64,000 bases of DNA from assembly GCA_041309005.1 (NCBI GenBank), contig JBFZAN010000053.1, positions 34,252-98,251 of the forward strand. Direction: 5' to 3'. Source of the stretch: Candidatus Omnitrophota bacterium. GTDB lineage: Bacteria; Omnitrophota; Gorgyraeia; Gygaellales; Profunditerraquicolaceae. Shown one piece after another: positions 62,943 through 64,000 of this stretch. A program made the translations under genes and the position numbers. The first letter of the stretch is position 1; the number at the start of each line of letters is the position of its first letter. The notes below the pieces were generated by a model. That model was given only the letters and a program-made list of their open reading frames with translations. It ran no database searches and was not told the DNA's origin.

Positions 62943-64000
62943 AAAAAGAATTAATTGCCAAGAAAGGGGTCCACTTCGTGCTTCTTGCCTGCCTGCCCCT
63001 TGCGCTGGGATGGCAAAAAGTAAGCCTCGGGGATTATATCAAGACCCGCGCGGCAGCCGAAGAAAAGCAGGCATATGCAGAGCTGCCCCGGGATGCGTCG
63101 TTTAGCGCCTACCAGATCCTGGAGAAAGCGACCTCGGCATTTTATAAGACAAAGACCATGAAAATATCCATGGAGGCGTGGTTTGAAACGCCCCTGTATC
63201 ACATAAAGTCAGATTTTAAAAGCAGCATCGAGAATATCGATAATTATAAGACCGACGGCCAGACCAGCCTGTCGTTATTGATCCCGCATAGCGCTTCCAG
63301 CTCCCGCTGGGTCCAGTCCTACCAGATCGACGGTATCCCTTTTACCTGGGACCTCAACAAGAGGGAATGGCGCCAGGAAGAATTGAAAATTTCCGGCAAA
63401 GATGCCAAGAAGGTGCTCGAGTACAGCGTGCTCAGAAGCCTGTTTACCATCAACGAGGGGTCTGTTGATCCCGCGACGGTGCGGGTGCTGGGCGCGGAAA
63501 AGAGGAAAGGCAGGGATTGTTACGTACTTTCATATAAACTCAACCCCAAACTTTTCAAGCGATGGAATACCTTAGGCGACATTTCGGTTAAGACCTGGAT
63601 CGGTATGCAAGATTTTCTTCCCGTATCGCTGCGTTCGGAAGGGACGATCTCCGATATGTATATCCTGCAAATAGTCGATTATTCTGATTTCAACGCTCCC
63701 CTTGAGCTGGCCGTACCACCGGTGATTTCCGATGCTTGTCAGAAAGAGCGGGAAAAACTGGAAGGGAAAATAGGCGGCCTGGTGGACTTCGTATCCGGGG
63801 TACAGGGATGGGCCAAGCCCGATAAGCTCCCGATAGTGTTTAAGGACAGGGTATCATTGCGGGAATTTCTTGCCGCAAAGCTTACGAAAGAGCGCAGCGT
63901 TCAGAAGCTTGCCAACGATGCGTATATTTTTAAATGGCTTGGCCTTCTGGATAAAGACGCCGATTACAAGGAGAGCATTCTTAACTCCGAGGTTTCCTCG
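62939..64000 (+). CDS. secreted hypothetical protein, 5' partial in window (runs off the 3' end)
   Basis: Open frame from ATG 62939 (ATGA overlap with the upstream stop) to the window end without a stop (manually translated); N-terminal signal-like HFVLLACLPLALG. Confidence 0.4.
   Translation, partial: MKKELIAKKGVHFVLLACLPLALGWQKVSLGDYIKTRAAAEEKQAYAELPRDASFSAYQILEKATSAFYKTKTMKISMEAWFETPLYHIKSDFKSSIENIDNYKTDGQTSLSLLIPHSASSSRWVQSYQIDGIPFTWDLNKREWRQEELKISGKDAKKVLEYSVLRSLFTINEGSVDPATVRVLGAEKRKGRDCYVLSYKLNPKLFKRWNTLGDISVKTWIGMQDFLPVSLRSEGTISDMYILQIVDYSDFNAPLELAVPPVISDACQKEREKLEGKIGGLVDFVSGVQGWAKPDKLPIVFKDRVSLREFLAAKLTKERSVQKLANDAYIFKWLGLLDKDADYKESILNSEVSS

Noticed and set aside
1-64000. CRISPR arrays, transposases, toxin–antitoxin pairs
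   Set aside because: No regularly spaced direct repeats, no DDE or serine/tyrosine recombinase motifs, and no small paired ORFs with TA-like signatures were seen on either strand.

Overview
Every protein-coding gene I can support in this 64-kb window lies on the + strand (about 75 CDS plus 3 tRNAs). I found no credible minus-strand gene, no transposase or integrase, and no CRISPR array. The content looks like a chromosomal segment from a PVC-like, possibly Omnitrophota-type, bacterium; that placement is inference from a Chlamydia-type V-ATPase operon layout. The window holds a Mut7-C/EndoQ-like pair, a split carB C-terminal half, fpg and a pyrK–pyrD–pyrF cluster interrupted by a glycosyltransferase. 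It continues with a V/A-type ATPase operon (E–DUF2764-like–A–B–D–I–K) preceded by a consensus sigma70-like promoter, tRNA-Val and tRNA-Asp flanking a small Cys-rich ORF, and a run of small conserved DUF genes. Further on are a tRNA-binding (CsaA-like)/YkgJ/DUF2156 trio, a DnaQ-exonuclease–WYL fusion, pabB/pabC and a PilZ–transmembrane–coiled-coil–alpha/alpha-toroid-like protein (fold inferred from composition only). A module of two tandem Ddl-family ATP-grasp ligases plus a KamA-type lysine 2,3-aminomutase plus an outer-membrane protein sits behind a promoter/terminator-hairpin leader. After it come an EF-G paralogue beside a P-loop-less YchF remnant, purH and folC. Downstream of a clean terminator and promoter is a compact type IV pilus/T2SS-like locus: pilins, a PilM–PilN fusion, PilO, PilP, the PilQ secretin, a TPR protein, PilB, PilC, a histidine kinase, a response regulator, and PilZ and T2SSE_N–PilZ c-di-GMP-type effectors. 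The most striking feature is the first pilin gene. Its class-III prepilin signal (MKQIMGRG|FTLLELII) is preceded in frame by a ~55-aa MerR-like HTH domain. A stand-alone paralogue of exactly that HTH-plus-leader segment lies 14.5 kb downstream under a near-identical promoter, immediately upstream of a second PilP-like lipoprotein.
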